Source of the DNA: Chrysomallon squamiferum
Taxonomy: Eukaryota; Animalia; Mollusca
Direction: 5' to 3'
Length of the DNA stretch: 64,000 nt
NCBI GenBank assembly: GCA_012295275.1
Contig: CM022674.1
Span: 11,842,001-11,906,000, forward strand
Below the pieces are notes generated by a model. That model had not been told where the DNA came from. It was given only the letters and a program-made list of their open reading frames with translations, and did no database searches. This document shows positions 1-13,277 of this stretch, in pieces. Position numbers and translations under genes: made by a program. Within the stretch, counting starts at the first letter, position 1, and the number at the start of each line of letters is the position of its first letter.

Positions 1-550
1 GTGGTAGTAATAGTAGTAACGGTAGTTTTAATGTTATTGTTGAAAAATTAGTAGTGGCAGCAGTAGTAGTAGTAGTAGTAGTAGTAATAATATTTTTGTT
101 GAAAAGTTGTAGTGGTGGTGGTAGTACTGTTATTATTAAAAAAGTAGTAATAGTAGTAAACGTAGTAGTACTTGTAGTATTATTATTAGTAGTAGTAGTA
201 GCAGTAATAGCGGTAGTAATAATATTATTGTTGAAAACATAGCAGCAGTTGTAGTAGTTGCAGTAGCAGTAGCAGTAGAAACAGTTAAAAGCATACTAGT
301 AGGTGTAAAAAATATATTACATTATAGCTATGTGTTGATTATTAAACAAATAAATAAATTTCATTTATTCTATTTTATTTTATTTATTTATTAACTTATT
401 AATAAATATTTCTTTTCTTTCACAAACACATTTCCGGAACATGCACTCACGCACTTATTAAATATACTGAAATATAGCAACACATTAACGACCGTAATGT
501 GATATCTTTGATTCACGTTTGGGTTCTTTTTTTCACTATTGTCAACACAG

Positions 551-1558
551 GAAGGATTCTGACGACAAAGCCGATGTGGTCTCAAACCATACGGATGAAC
601 TGACTCAGAAAACAAAGGAATCGGGCGCTGGTAACCAGGAATTCGTTGCTGTAGATCTGAATTCACCAGATGAATGTAGTTCTTCGGAGTCTCGAGAAAA
701 GACAGGAGATGAAACAGATCAGCCTGGAAACTCAAATCCGTCAGAAGAACCAAAGACAGAAACAAAAGAAAAGTTAGTGTAATGGTTTTCTTCTATTATT
801 TATAATTGGATACCCTACGTTCTTGTGATTTTGTATGTATTATTTTATTCTTAAATATTTTGGTCTGTTACCTGCCACACACACACACACACACTACATA
901 AATACAGGCTTTAATATATTGTCAATGTTATTGAAATCTTGCAACTAAAATCGTCCTGTTATCTTCCCACAGAAAACGACAATTCGCCACATTCCTCAAG
1001 TCCATTAAAAAATATGTCATAGGAATAACTGAAAAAAGCAGTGTTGAAGAAAACGAAGAAGCCAAAGATGGATTGGAGGCAGGTAAATCAGAAAATGGCG
1101 CTGGTCTGGCTTCTGCAAATGACGTCACATCCACTGTCCCTCCGGTCACTGACGAGATAAAGAAGAATGAATTAGTAACAGAAGAGAAAAAGAATGCAGG
1201 CGAAACATTAACAGATAACATAACGAAAGCAGACAAGTCGGAAAATAAAGTCGTCGAAGATCGGAAAATCAATTCGTCAGATAATGTAAAAAGCTCGGAA
1301 GGAAAAGCAGACGACATTAAGCATACAGATACTTCAGAAGAGAATAAAAATGACACAAATAAAAGCAACTCGAGTGCGACAAGTTCAATGGCGGAGAATC
1401 AACCTACGGAATCGGCGAAAGCGTCATCGTCAGCGACATCTGCAAACGCAGATGAAACTAAATCTGATTTTCAACAAAAACCAGACGAAATGAAAAAGGT
1501 TGAGAATAAAATACCTGTAAATACAGAAAATAGCTTTGCTTCAGACGTCACGTCTTAG
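551..1558 (+). CDS. Paralog A (5' part outside window): last two exons (551-772, 973-1558) encoding the acidic cytoplasmic tail of a mucin-stalk type-I membrane protein
   Basis: acag|G at 551, AA|GTTAGT at 772/773, cacag|A at 973; phases 2-2-2 join in frame to the stop at 1558. Roughly 90% identical by eye to the last two exons of paralog B (9558-9779, 10030-10561). Confidence 0.8.
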
Positions 1559-1954
1559 AAACTCTAACCTGTAAGATTCATAATGAACTGATGTAATAAT
1601 AATAATAATAATAATATCTCGTTATTTAGTTAAGATATAAGAACATTATCACGTTCAGAGCCGCTTTACAGCGAACCTTTGTGAAATACTGAAACCTCCG
1701 TTAGCAATCATCCCATTCATCAGATAGCAACGTTAAAAGTACTATTTTTATACTCTGACATTATTCCCTGATTAAATATAAACTAAACTTAGCTTAGACT
1801 TCATTTCATACGAAATTAGAATGAAAATATTTTCACTACAACTAGTTGTATGTGTGTTTGCAAATTAAGTCCCTTTACTCATATCGTAATTACGATGCAA
1901 ACCTATTTTTTATTTTCACATATTCTGTAGCTCTATAGTGCATAGTCAAAACTA

Positions 1955-1994
<40 letters not shown>

Positions 1995-2154
1995 GTTATT
2001 ATTATTATCATTTTCTGTAACTATCTGACGAATGGGTGTTGACTGTTACAAAATGTTATATGTGTATGTTATGTATTATATAGGATGTTCACAAATGCAT
2101 TGTAAACGATTATATCTTAATAAAATTATAAGCTTGATTCATATCTGTAATACA

Positions 2155-2194
<40 letters not shown>

Positions 2195-2746
2195 GTTGTT
2201 TTTTTCTTAATTTTACTTTTTTCTTCTTATTATTATTAATTTTACTTTAATTAAAGTATAATTTTATTTCCTGTATTAAGTTTTAGCTAAACTTTTATAT
2301 AACTGTCATGCATGTTATTAAAACATGGAAAAAACAAAACAAAACATGCTGGATGTTATTATTTTATATCTTAAATATGTTATACTAGCTTTTGTTGTAT
2401 TATTAAAATTATTATAACCATAAGTGAAATATCTTACTTCTTGTTGGATATTCTGAAAGGCCTTTTCTGTTATTTTTTGTATTTTTTTATCAGAAAAAAT
2501 TAATTAACAAAAATAAATGAAACAAATACCAGAAAGTCTGTACATGCCTAACTTATTATCTATGATTTAGCAATAATTGGCAATGATTAAAGTTTGATAT
2601 AATTATCTGTATATAACTGCCTATTTTATTAAAAACACTGACTACAAGGTGTGCTGGATGTTATTGTTTTTTATATGTTAACTATTATATTTGTTTTTCT
2701 TATGCACTTAAAATTAGTATAATAATAAACGAAATATATGTTACTT

Positions 2747-2811
<65 letters not shown>

Positions 2812-3553
2812 TTTTATGTTTTTATGCTTCTCATTTATATTTTTGGTGAGAGACAAGTAAAACAATCACTTGAAATGATGCAGAATGTAATAAGATTATT
2901 TGTTCATATACAAGCATACAGTTTAATATCAGTTTATTAGAAATAAATACCTTTTTGAAAATTCTTATATCAAGCTATCATTTACAGAGACATGTGACAA
3001 AATAGGTAAAACAAAATTGCATTACTATTTCTATAAAAAAACAAAACAAAAAAACATGTTAAAAAGTTATTTCAAATCTATGATCAGCAAACCACTCGCA
3101 TACCCTGTAACAAAACCAGTGAAAGTGTATCTCCTGACAGAACTGCAGTTTGTGAATCTAGAGAAGATGGATACATGTACACTATGTAAATTAACTCTGA
3201 TTTCAGTTAATGAAGACTGGATTTAAAATTACAAATGTACTCATTTCTAACTAATGTAAAAATATTATTTATTATTTTTATTTTATTTGCTTGTACACTA
3301 AAAAGATAGATGTGAATTTCTTTAGCAAAAATAAACTGATTTAATTTTAGTTATGTTTTCACTTTTCTATTCTAATATAAATAAATCTACAACAACTTTT
3401 TTTTACATTAAATTTTCTTCACATTGTTCTTAGAAAAATGCCATCTCTTGTTTCTGTAAATAGTTTTAATTGCTTCCAGTGTTTTATTCTTCCTTTCTTA
3501 GTTATTTATTTTTATTTTTTTCTATAGACAATTTGTGTACTACAATAACTGAA

Positions 3554-3590
<37 letters not shown>

Positions 3591-3657
3591 GTAACAATAA
3601 TACAAATGATGATGATGATGATCTATTACTACAGACAGCTAGATAAGAAAATTACAG

Positions 3658-4240
3658 TACCTGAAAGAATATAAATAATGATTGTGATAATTTTCTTACT
3701 AAAACAACAAAGTTACATTCATAAACCAGCATGCTTATACATTAATGAGAAAAGTATATTTAAAGTACAGCAGTATAAATTATAAAAATGCCAATTATGT
3801 TCAACTTGTGTACATACATTTTTCTATTACAATGTAAACACACCAACAAAAATAAGATGCCAGTACCAACAATGTTTTTTCTTCTGTAGAAAAATAAATA
3901 ATATATAAACAAGTAAGGCAGTCAGAGAAAGATTTATAATGTGCAACAGAAATCTGTCTTAAGAATAAAATCTGTCTGATGAAATTAACAATAGTAATCT
4001 GACAAAATAAGGAACAGTAGTATGGTAAACATATTCTGATAGCGTCTACAGGCAACAAAGGGCAACAAATTATAAGAAATGAAGGAAATTTCAACATTTG
4101 TGTAACACCTGCATAACAGAAATATTAACTTTCATTTATAAATTGTGACAGACAATAATAAATATATGTATCAGTTCATAATTATATCAAATGTAAATAT
4201 GTAAACTGTAATCTGTTTTCTGAGTATTTATCATTATCAT

Positions 4241-4271
<31 letters not shown>

Positions 4272-4640
4272 CTAACGTGCTGGAGCATGCTTTGAGACAA
4301 CTTTAAAGTATAAAATAAATATGAAAATAATTATCTTTAATTGTCATATAAATTGTATAAATCAAATATTTTCAGTTGCAAAAATGTCCTTACATAAGCA
4401 GTTATTTGCACAATGATATCACAAAAGTGAACATATGGATATTGATAAAACAGACAAGATTAAGCCAAGGATAAAAAATGACAAATATTTAGATTGATTT
4501 ACATAAATTAACAAAGGATTAAATTACTGATTCACTGAAATTACTATGTAAATAATAGCGATGGAGACTATCATTTACAATTAAGTAACAAACTGACCTA
4601 AGTTGTTTAACACTGCAACAGAGATATGTATAAAATTTAA
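3658..4640. repeat. ~1 kb near-identical direct repeat, copy 1 (copy 2 at ~12284-13277)
   Basis: Line-by-line match with few substitutions; yields twin ORFs 3801-4097 and 12427-12723 differing by 1 aa. Confidence 0.9.
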
Positions 4641-5982
4641 TTAATGTAGAAAATGCAAACCAACAAATAGATGCTTTTCGAAATACATAGAACATGTCAG
4701 GTTTTGTTTTGTTTATTTTGTTTCTATTTCATCAATTACTTTTAAAAAAAGTATAAATAAGAAAAACAAAGTTGGTGCAAAAATTTCAAAGAAAGGACGC
4801 CAAAAGACATTAAATTTATACTGAAACTCATGCAAAAGATACGTATTACTACTGACTAGAACTTTAACAATGATGAACATAATCAGTGATTATTTGTTAA
4901 AATCATTTTAGGACTGGCATCATGATTATATATATGTTTTAGATAACATATTAATAAAATAACTGTTGTCATGTTTTGTGCAAGATCAGCAACAAAATCT
5001 CAACAATAAGGAAGATAATAGCTGTATCAAATATCATCTTTAAAACAGAACTAAAACAAATTTAAAAAAAAAAAATCTGTTAGAGAACAGGATTGGTGTA
5101 GACTTAAATTTCATGATCTTTTATTGTTATATGATGGAAGGACATCTGAGGGAGTAACTGGATGTCAAGAGGTGAATTGTTTTAAAAAAACTAAATAACT
5201 CTAAATAAAAATAATATAAACAGATATACCAAGTAATTATGAACTGCCACAGCAAAATGCAGCTTTCCACATATTTGTGAAAAAAAAAAATGACTTGGTC
5301 AAGAAATTAATATTTAACAAAGCTTCTATTTCTGTAATATTTAAAATATATTTAACTAATATTCCTGTAAGATAATTTAAGGATGGGCTCTCTTATACTG
5401 TTGTAAATTTTTTTTTCTTCTGGACAACAGGTATAAACTTGTAAATAATTAAGGTATAATTTTAGTGTTATGACGGGTTCAAACTTAAACTCTAAACTGT
5501 ATATGTAAATATTAAGAGACTAAAATAATTAAAGGAGACGAAACAAATAGAATTGAAATATGTTAATAATTACTAAAATTAGCAAATACAGATGTGGATA
5601 TATTTGTAGAACATTTTTGCTAAAAAACATCTTTAGTATTACTTAGGATGTTAAGACATTTGTTATAATTCTACTTTACTATATTTAAATTATTTCTGAT
5701 TTGCAGTTGAAGCAAGCATATATATATATATATATCACTAATGCGACATGCCAAAATACTCTTCAGAATAACAAAATAGACTGTATACAAAACAATGGAC
5801 TATTGTTTCTCAAGTGGATTAAATACTCATATTACACATGCCTCATATAGATGTTAATATACACCGTACTGCCCATTCAGGAAGGGAGTTAATGACGTCA
5901 TTAAAACGAGTTTGAGTGCTTTCTCTTTATCACTTTATAATATTGACATCAAACTGGATATTGTGCCACATAATATATTAAA

Positions 5983-6173
5983 ATGGCAAATATGTCTTCT
6001 ATAATATTGCTTGGAATTGGTGAGTTTCATAAAATATTATTTTAATTTTTTTATTATATTTTTTCCATGACAAGTTATGGTATTATTAGTTTCATGATGG
6101 TAGTGATAACAATTATTATGACGATGACGATGATGATAATTATAATCATGAGGATTTTATTATTATTATTATG

Positions 6174-6205
<32 letters not shown>

Positions 6206-8327
6206 TACTACTACTACTGTTCATAAACATATATACACATATATATCGGCTGGATTAATCAGTCATGTGATATGAGCTGTATTAATCAGTCATGTGATAT
6301 CGACTGTATTAATCAGTCATGTGATATCGACTGGATTAATCAGTCGTGTGATATCGACTGGATTAATCAGTCATGTGATATCGACTGTATTAATCAATCA
6401 TGTGATATCGGCTGGATTAATCAGTCGTGTGATATCGACTGTATTAATCAATCGTGTGATATCGGCTGTATTAATCAGTCATGTGATACCGGGTGGATTA
6501 ATCAAATGTGTGATATCGGCTGGATTAATCAGTCGTGTGATATCGACTGGATTAATCAGTCGTGTGATATCGACTGGATTAATCAAATGTGTGATATCGG
6601 CTGGATTAATCAGTTGTGTGATATCGGCTGGATTAATCAAATGTGTGATATCGGCTGGATTAATCAGTCGTGTGATATCGACTGGATTAATCAGTCGTGT
6701 GATATCGGCTGGATTAATCAGTTGTGTGATATCGGCTGGATCAATCAGTCGTGTGATATCGGCTGGATCAATCAGTCGTGTGATATCGGCTGGATCAATC
6801 AGTCGTGTGATATCGGCTGTATTAATCAATCATGTGATATCGGCTGTATTAATCATTCATGTGCTATCGACTGGATTAATCAGTCATGTGATATCGGCTG
6901 GATCGGGAGCGCTGATCTATCACTTATATTTATCAAATCATCACTTCAAACATTTAAATTATTTTCTTCTGTTCCTGGTGTAGACTAAGTGAAAATAAAA
7001 TAAAGTATGTATATATATATATATATATATATAGATACACATATATACATATACATACATACATACATACATATTCACACATCCACTTACATATACATAC
7101 TGCTTTAGTATTCTAAATAAATTAATTTTTCGTTAATGTTTTTCATATATTGTTATTTTTCTGGTGACAGTGAATGCGGACGAAGCTGACTGTTTTCTGA
7201 TTGCTCTTCCATTAAACTCCACATCATTGTATCAGTAACAAAACACAGTTTTTAACTTTAGATATAACGTGAGCGAGTGTGTGTTTGTATATATGCGTGT
7301 GTATGCGGTTGCACGAATGTGTGCACATACATTCATATATATCGCAAAAAAGTAAAAAAAAATCATTTGAAAACTGTTTTTGAAAAGTGCTAGTTTTGCA
7401 CGATCTTATTGCGAGAGATGTACGTCATCAGTACTTTGACTTTGTATTTAATATGCAGGTTTCTTCTTAGTTTTTAAAACGTTTAAACAGTTATTTCCCA
7501 TTCCAACCTGCATGTTAAAATAAATCAGAATGATTATTCTATACCCATAATGTGAAACAGAGTGAAAACAAAAATGATAATAGTATTTTTTATTTATATT
7601 AAAACCTTTTTATTATTATTATTTTTTTGATTCATAACATTAAAATAAATAAAAGACAACAGAACAACAGTAACAACAACAACGATTAAAATGATGTTTT
7701 TCTATTAGTTTTAGTTGTGGGTGTAAGCCATGCGTCGATGTCGTCTCAAGATGTAACATCTTCACAGACTACTTCCACGACACCTAACACAACATTGGAA
7801 ACTTCACCAAAAAAGTCATCTCTGACGATTAGTTTCTCGACAGCTAAAATCAAATCGGAAACGTCATCATCTTCATCATCTTCACAGCCTACTTCGACGA
7901 CACCTAACATAACATCGGAAACTTCACACACTATTTCCACGGCTACAACCACATCGGCAACTTCATCATCTAAGTCAATTTTACAGATTAGTACCACAAG
8001 ATGTGAAACCACTTCGACAACCGAATCCATTTTCGGAAGACACGGAGCTTTTGCTGTTTCTTTGTCCCTCATTATAGCAATCATCCTACTGTTTGTTTTA
8101 ATAATCGTCCTATTTCACGACGGCTATTGCAAAAAAAAAAAAAAGTTCTTAAGTCACAAACAATTAGAATCCAGCCGAGACAGACATGACGATGCTTGTA
8201 CGGTGGATCTCAGCTCAGCAGAGGAAAATACATCTTCACAAAAGAGTCAGGCAGTGGAAACTATTCAGACTGAGTCAACCAAAGTTTCACAAGAAAAGTA
8301 AATTTCTTTATTCAACTTCTGTTTATC

Positions 8328-8375
<48 letters not shown>

Positions 8376-8758
8376 GTAATTAGTATTAATTAGAAACCGA
8401 ATTTAATTTTTTTTTTGGGTTTTTTTAGTAATAATAGTTATAGTAATTATTATCTTTGAAGTAGAAGTAGTAGTTGTTGCAGCGGTAATAAAATTATCAG
8501 TTGTAATAGTCGTTACTGAAATAGAAGTAGTAGTAGTAGTAGTAGTAGCAGTAGCGATAGCCATAATTTTATTGTTGAAAACGTATTAATATTAGTAGTA
8601 CTAGTAATACCGGTTGTTATAATATTATTGTTCAAAAGTAGTAGTAGTAGAAGTAGTAGTAGTAGTAGTAGCAGTAGAACTAGTAGTAGTAGCAGTAGTA
8701 GTAGTAATAGTAGATGTAAAAGGCGTATTACTATGTGCCAAAATTCTACTTATGTCTT

Positions 8759-8817
<59 letters not shown>

Positions 8818-9216
8818 TTTTTTTTTTTCTTAAAAAGCAAATGTGAAGAGGATGAATCCGCGACAAAATCATTGACAGAATCACGTCCCGACATTCAGAT
8901 GTCCACAGTAACAGACGTAAACACGGGTACCGATGAACGTCCTTCAAATTTGCAAGAAAGTATTATTGTACCGAATGCTGACCATTCTGAAATCAAGGAA
9001 CAGACCGAAGTAACAAAGGCAGACGACAAAGAAATGTTAGTAGTAGTACTAGTAGTGGTAGTGGTAGTGGTAGTTTAGTTTAACTATCGCTAATTTATTA
9101 TTGTTTTAGTAGTTTTGTTAATATTCTGAAATTTAACAAAGGCAGACGACAAAGAAATTTAATTTCGTTTAACTTTATTTATTTTATTTTATTTATTTAT
9201 TTACTTATTTATTAAT

Positions 9217-9284
<68 letters not shown>

Positions 9285-10561
9285 AGGGATATCTTTGAAA
9301 TAATAACAACAACAAGTGATTAAACATTTGTTTGACAGGTCGAATTAAACCATCTTGTTTTGTGTGATTTTCTAATCCTTTTAAAACAGTATCTTTCTGG
9401 ACGTCTTTCTGTCTGTACGTCTTTTCACTCATAAACACATTTCAGAAACATGCTCACACGTACTCATTAAATAAGCTGAAAAATACAACACATTAACCAC
9501 CGTACTGTGATACCTTTGATTCACGTTTGGTTCCTTTTTTCACTATTGTCACCTCAGGAAGGATTCTGACGACAAAGCCGATGTGGTCTCAAACCATACG
9601 GATGAACTGACTCAGAAAACAAAGGAATCGGGCGCTGGTAACCAGGAATTCGTTGTTGTAGATCTGAATTCACCAGATGAATGTAGTTGTTCGGAGTCAC
9701 GAGAAAAGACAGGAGATGAAACAGATCAGCCTGGAAACTCAAATCCGTCAGAAGAAACAAAGACAGAAACAAAAGAAAAGTTCGTGTAATCTTTTTCTTT
9801 ATTATTTATAATTGGATAATCTGTTTTAACTACCCTGCCTTCTTGTAATTTTTGTATATATATAGAAATTGTGTAGTTAATTTATGCGTTAAATATCTTG
9901 CTCTGTGTCTGGCAAACGCACGCACACACACACACGCACAAACAAACAAAAGACGTAGATATAGGCTTGCATATATTGTCAGTGTTATTGAAATCTTGCA
10001 ACTAAAATCGTCCTGTTTTCTTCACACAGAAAACGACTAGTCGCCACGTTCCTCAAGTCCATTAAAAAATATGTGAGAGTAAAAACTGGAAAAAGCAGTG
10101 TTGAAGAAAACGAAGAAGGCAAAGGTGGACTGGAACTAGGCCAATCAGAAAATGGCGCTGGTTTGGCTTCTGTAAATGACGTCACATCCACTGTCCCTCC
10201 GGTCACTGACGAGATAAAGAAGAATGATTTAGTAACAGAAGAGAAAATGAATGCAGGCGAAACATTAACAGATAACATAACGAAAGCAGACCAGTCGGAA
10301 AATAAAGACGTTGAAGATTGTAAAATCAATTCGTCAGACAATGGAAGAAGCTCGGAAGGAAAAGCAGACGACATTAAGCATACAGATAGTTCAGAAGAGA
10401 ATAAAAATGACACAAATAAAAGCAACTCGAGTATAACAAGTTCGATGGCGGAGAATCAACCCACTGAATCGGCGAAAGAGTCATCGTCAGCGACATCTGC
10501 AAACGCAGATGAAACTAAATCTGATTTTCAACAAAAACCAGACAAAATGACAAAGGATTAG
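5983..10561 (+). CDS. Paralog B: signal peptide + Ser/Thr mucin stalk + TM + acidic tail, no Ig domain; exons 5983-6019, 7715-8297, 8838-9035, 9558-9779, 10030-10561 (523 aa)
   Basis: All introns GT-AG; exon lengths sum to 1572 nt. Exons 1+2 give the signal MANMSSIILLGIVVGVSHA, then a T/S-rich stalk and TM AFAVSLSLIIAIILLFVLIIVLF followed by YCKKKKK and an E/D/S/T/K-rich tail. Confidence 0.8.
6243..6905. repeat. 27-bp minisatellite (~24 copies, consensus GATATCGGCTGGATTAATCAGTCRTGT) in intron 1 of paralog B
   Basis: Head-to-tail units visible directly; they explain the 9-aa periodic ORFs (DIGWINQSC / ISAGLISRV). Confidence 0.95.
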
Positions 10562-12033
10562 AATACACGCAAATAGAGACAAGCAGTCTTGCTTCAGACG
10601 TCACCTCTAAGAAAGTGGAACCTCCAGAATTCATACTGAACTGATGTAACAATAATAATATCTCGTTGTTTAGACAGAATATAATAATATTATTACTTTT
10701 AGAGCCGCTTTTCAGTGAAATTTTGTGAAATACCGAAATCTCCGTTAGAATGAAAATGTTGTTGCTACTATTTGCACGTTTTTGCGAATCAAGTCCCTTA
10801 ACTCATAGTCTAATTACGATACAAAGCTATTTTTTATTTTCGTATATTCTGTAGCTGTATACTGCTCAGTCTTATATATATCAAAGATATATTATTTATT
10901 TATTTGTCATTAAATATAATTTTATTTCCTATATTACGTTTTAGCTAAACTGTTCTTCATAGTTATACATTTTATTTCATTAATTAGAATCTGTGTGCAA
11001 AAACAGATTGTCCAAAATGATAAAGCAATTTCATCAACAAAACATTTTAAATTACTGGGCTTTGTGACTGAAATAGAAAAATCTTGTACCAAGGCACAGG
11101 CTAACCATAGAGTAAAGTGAGCACAAGACAAAAACTTAAAAAAAAAAAAAATGGTAAAAAGCTGATTTACTAATATTCAAACTGCAGGTTCTGTTTTGAT
11201 CATAATTACATTACTGACCATCTTTTTTCTTCTTCTATGTTGTTTATTTATTTATTTACTTATTTACTTATTACTAATCCTTTTAAATAAATGATTATAT
11301 TTAAAGCATGTTTTGTACATTTGTGCTTACTGTTATTTTATTAATCATTATTAATAATTGTCTGTGATCCAGTAATGACTTACAGTTATTAAAATTTAAT
11401 GTTATTAATTTTATCCAACTGCCAAGCATCTTATTAGAAACATCAAATAAAGAACATACTGTATATTATTATTTTATATTTTATCTTGTTATGCTTGCGT
11501 TTCTCGTATTATTAAAATTATTATAATCGTAAGTGAAATGTGTTATTTCGTGTTGTATATTCTGAAATGCCTTTTCTGTTATTTTTATATCTTATTATCA
11601 CAAAAGATTTGTTAACAATAAGTAAGTAAATAAATAAATATATAAATAAAGAAATAAAAATAAAAATAAAGACATAAATAAATAAAACAAACATCAGAAA
11701 TTCGTTACAATGCCTATCTTCCTATCTTAATGATTATCTATGATTTAACAATGACTGGCAATAATTTGCAGTCACACACACACACACACACACCCACACA
11801 CCCACACACACACACACACCCACACACACACACACTCGTTTTATGGTTTTCGTCTAATCGTGAGGAGAAACAATCAGTTGAAATTATGCTTTATGCAGTT
11901 AGGTTATTTTTTATATACAAAGATACAGCTTAATATTAAGTCACTGAAAACAAACACAAAATTTCTTTTCATTATAAATATTAATACAGAGACGTGACAA
12001 AAACTGATAAAACTGCTTACTTTTTCTATAATG

Positions 12034-12072
<39 letters not shown>

Positions 12073-12283
12073 TGAAATTTGTTTTAAAAATTAAAAGTTT
12101 CGAATCTATGTTCAACAAGTTATTCTCACATCCTTTAACAAACCCACTGAAAGTATATAGGTGTGTTCTTTTTTTATCAAAAGCTTTGAACTAAAATAAT
12201 TTAAAAAACAAAAACAAAACGAAAATAACATATAATTAAAAAATGAAAATGATCATGATAACCTATTAATAGAAACATTATAT

Positions 12284-12867
12284 TACCTGAAAGAAAATAA
12301 ATAATGATTGTGATGATTTTCTTACTAAAACAACAAAGTTACATTCATAAACCAGGATGCTTATACATTAATGAGAAAAGTATATTTGAAGTACAGCAGT
12401 ATAAATTATAAGAATGCCAATTACGTTCAACTTGTGTACATACATTTTTCTATTACAGTGTAAACACACCAACAAAAATAAGATGCCAGTACCAACAATG
12501 TTTTTTCTTCTGTAGAAAAATAAATAATATATAAACAAGTAAGGCAGTCAGAGAAAGATTTATAATGTGCAACAGAAATCTGTCTTAAGAATAAAATCTG
12601 TCTGATGAAATTAACAATAGTAATCTGACAAAATAAGGAACAGTAGTATGGTAAACATATTCTGATAGCGTCTACAGGCAACAAAGGGCAACAAATTATA
12701 AGAAATGAAGGAAATTTCAACATTTGTGTAACACCTGCATAACAGAAATATTAACTTTCATTTATAAATTGTGACAGACAATAATAAATATATGTATCAG
12801 TTCATAATTATAACAAATGTAAATATGTAAACTGTAATCTGTTTTCTGAGTATTTATCATTTATCAT

Positions 12868-12910
<43 letters not shown>

Positions 12911-13277
12911 CTAACGTGCTGGAGCATGCTTTGAGACAACTTTAAAGTATAAAATAAATATGAAAATAATTATCTTTAATTGTCATATAAATTGTATAAA
13001 TCAAATATTTTCAGTTGCAAAAATGTCCTTACATAAGCAGTTATTTGCACAATGATATCACAAAAGTGAAATATGGATTTTGATAAAACAGACAAGATTA
13101 AGCCAAGGATAAAAAATGACAAATATTTAGATTGATTTACATAAATTAACAAAGGATTAAATTACTGATTCACTGAAATTACTATGTAAATAATAGCGAT
13201 GGAGACTCATTTACAATTAAGTAACAAACTGACCTAAGCTGTTTAACACTGCAACAGAGATATGTATAAAATTTAAT
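12284..13277. repeat. ~1 kb near-identical direct repeat, copy 2 (3' flank of paralog B)
   Basis: Matches 3658-4640, the corresponding 3' flank of paralog A. Confidence 0.9.

Noticed and set aside
54-300. Poly-V/I/L/Y/S ORFs here and throughout the window
   Set aside because: Translations of (GTA)n, (ATT)n, (CA)n and (AT)n microsatellites in introns and intergenic DNA.
928-1368. Minus-strand S/F/V-rich ORFs opposite tail and stalk exons (also 9985, 39667, 42302, 48474, 53507, 63294)
   Set aside because: Antisense shadows of low-complexity + strand exons; splice signals support only the + strand.
3801-4097. Twin 98-aa ORFs (also 12427-12723)
   Set aside because: The similarity only reflects the near-identical duplication; no recognisable protein or gene signals.
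4440-5700. Possible decayed transposon or polymerase coding remnants
   Set aside because: Only isolated short motif resemblances; no sustained reading frame.
6272-6988. Repeat ORFs or a CRISPR-like array
   Set aside because: Contiguous 27-bp units with no unique spacers, no cas genes, eukaryotic context and no splice acceptor.
9135-9158. 24-nt copy of the end of B exon 3 in the next intron
   Set aside because: Lacks a GT donor; a small local duplication without evident function.
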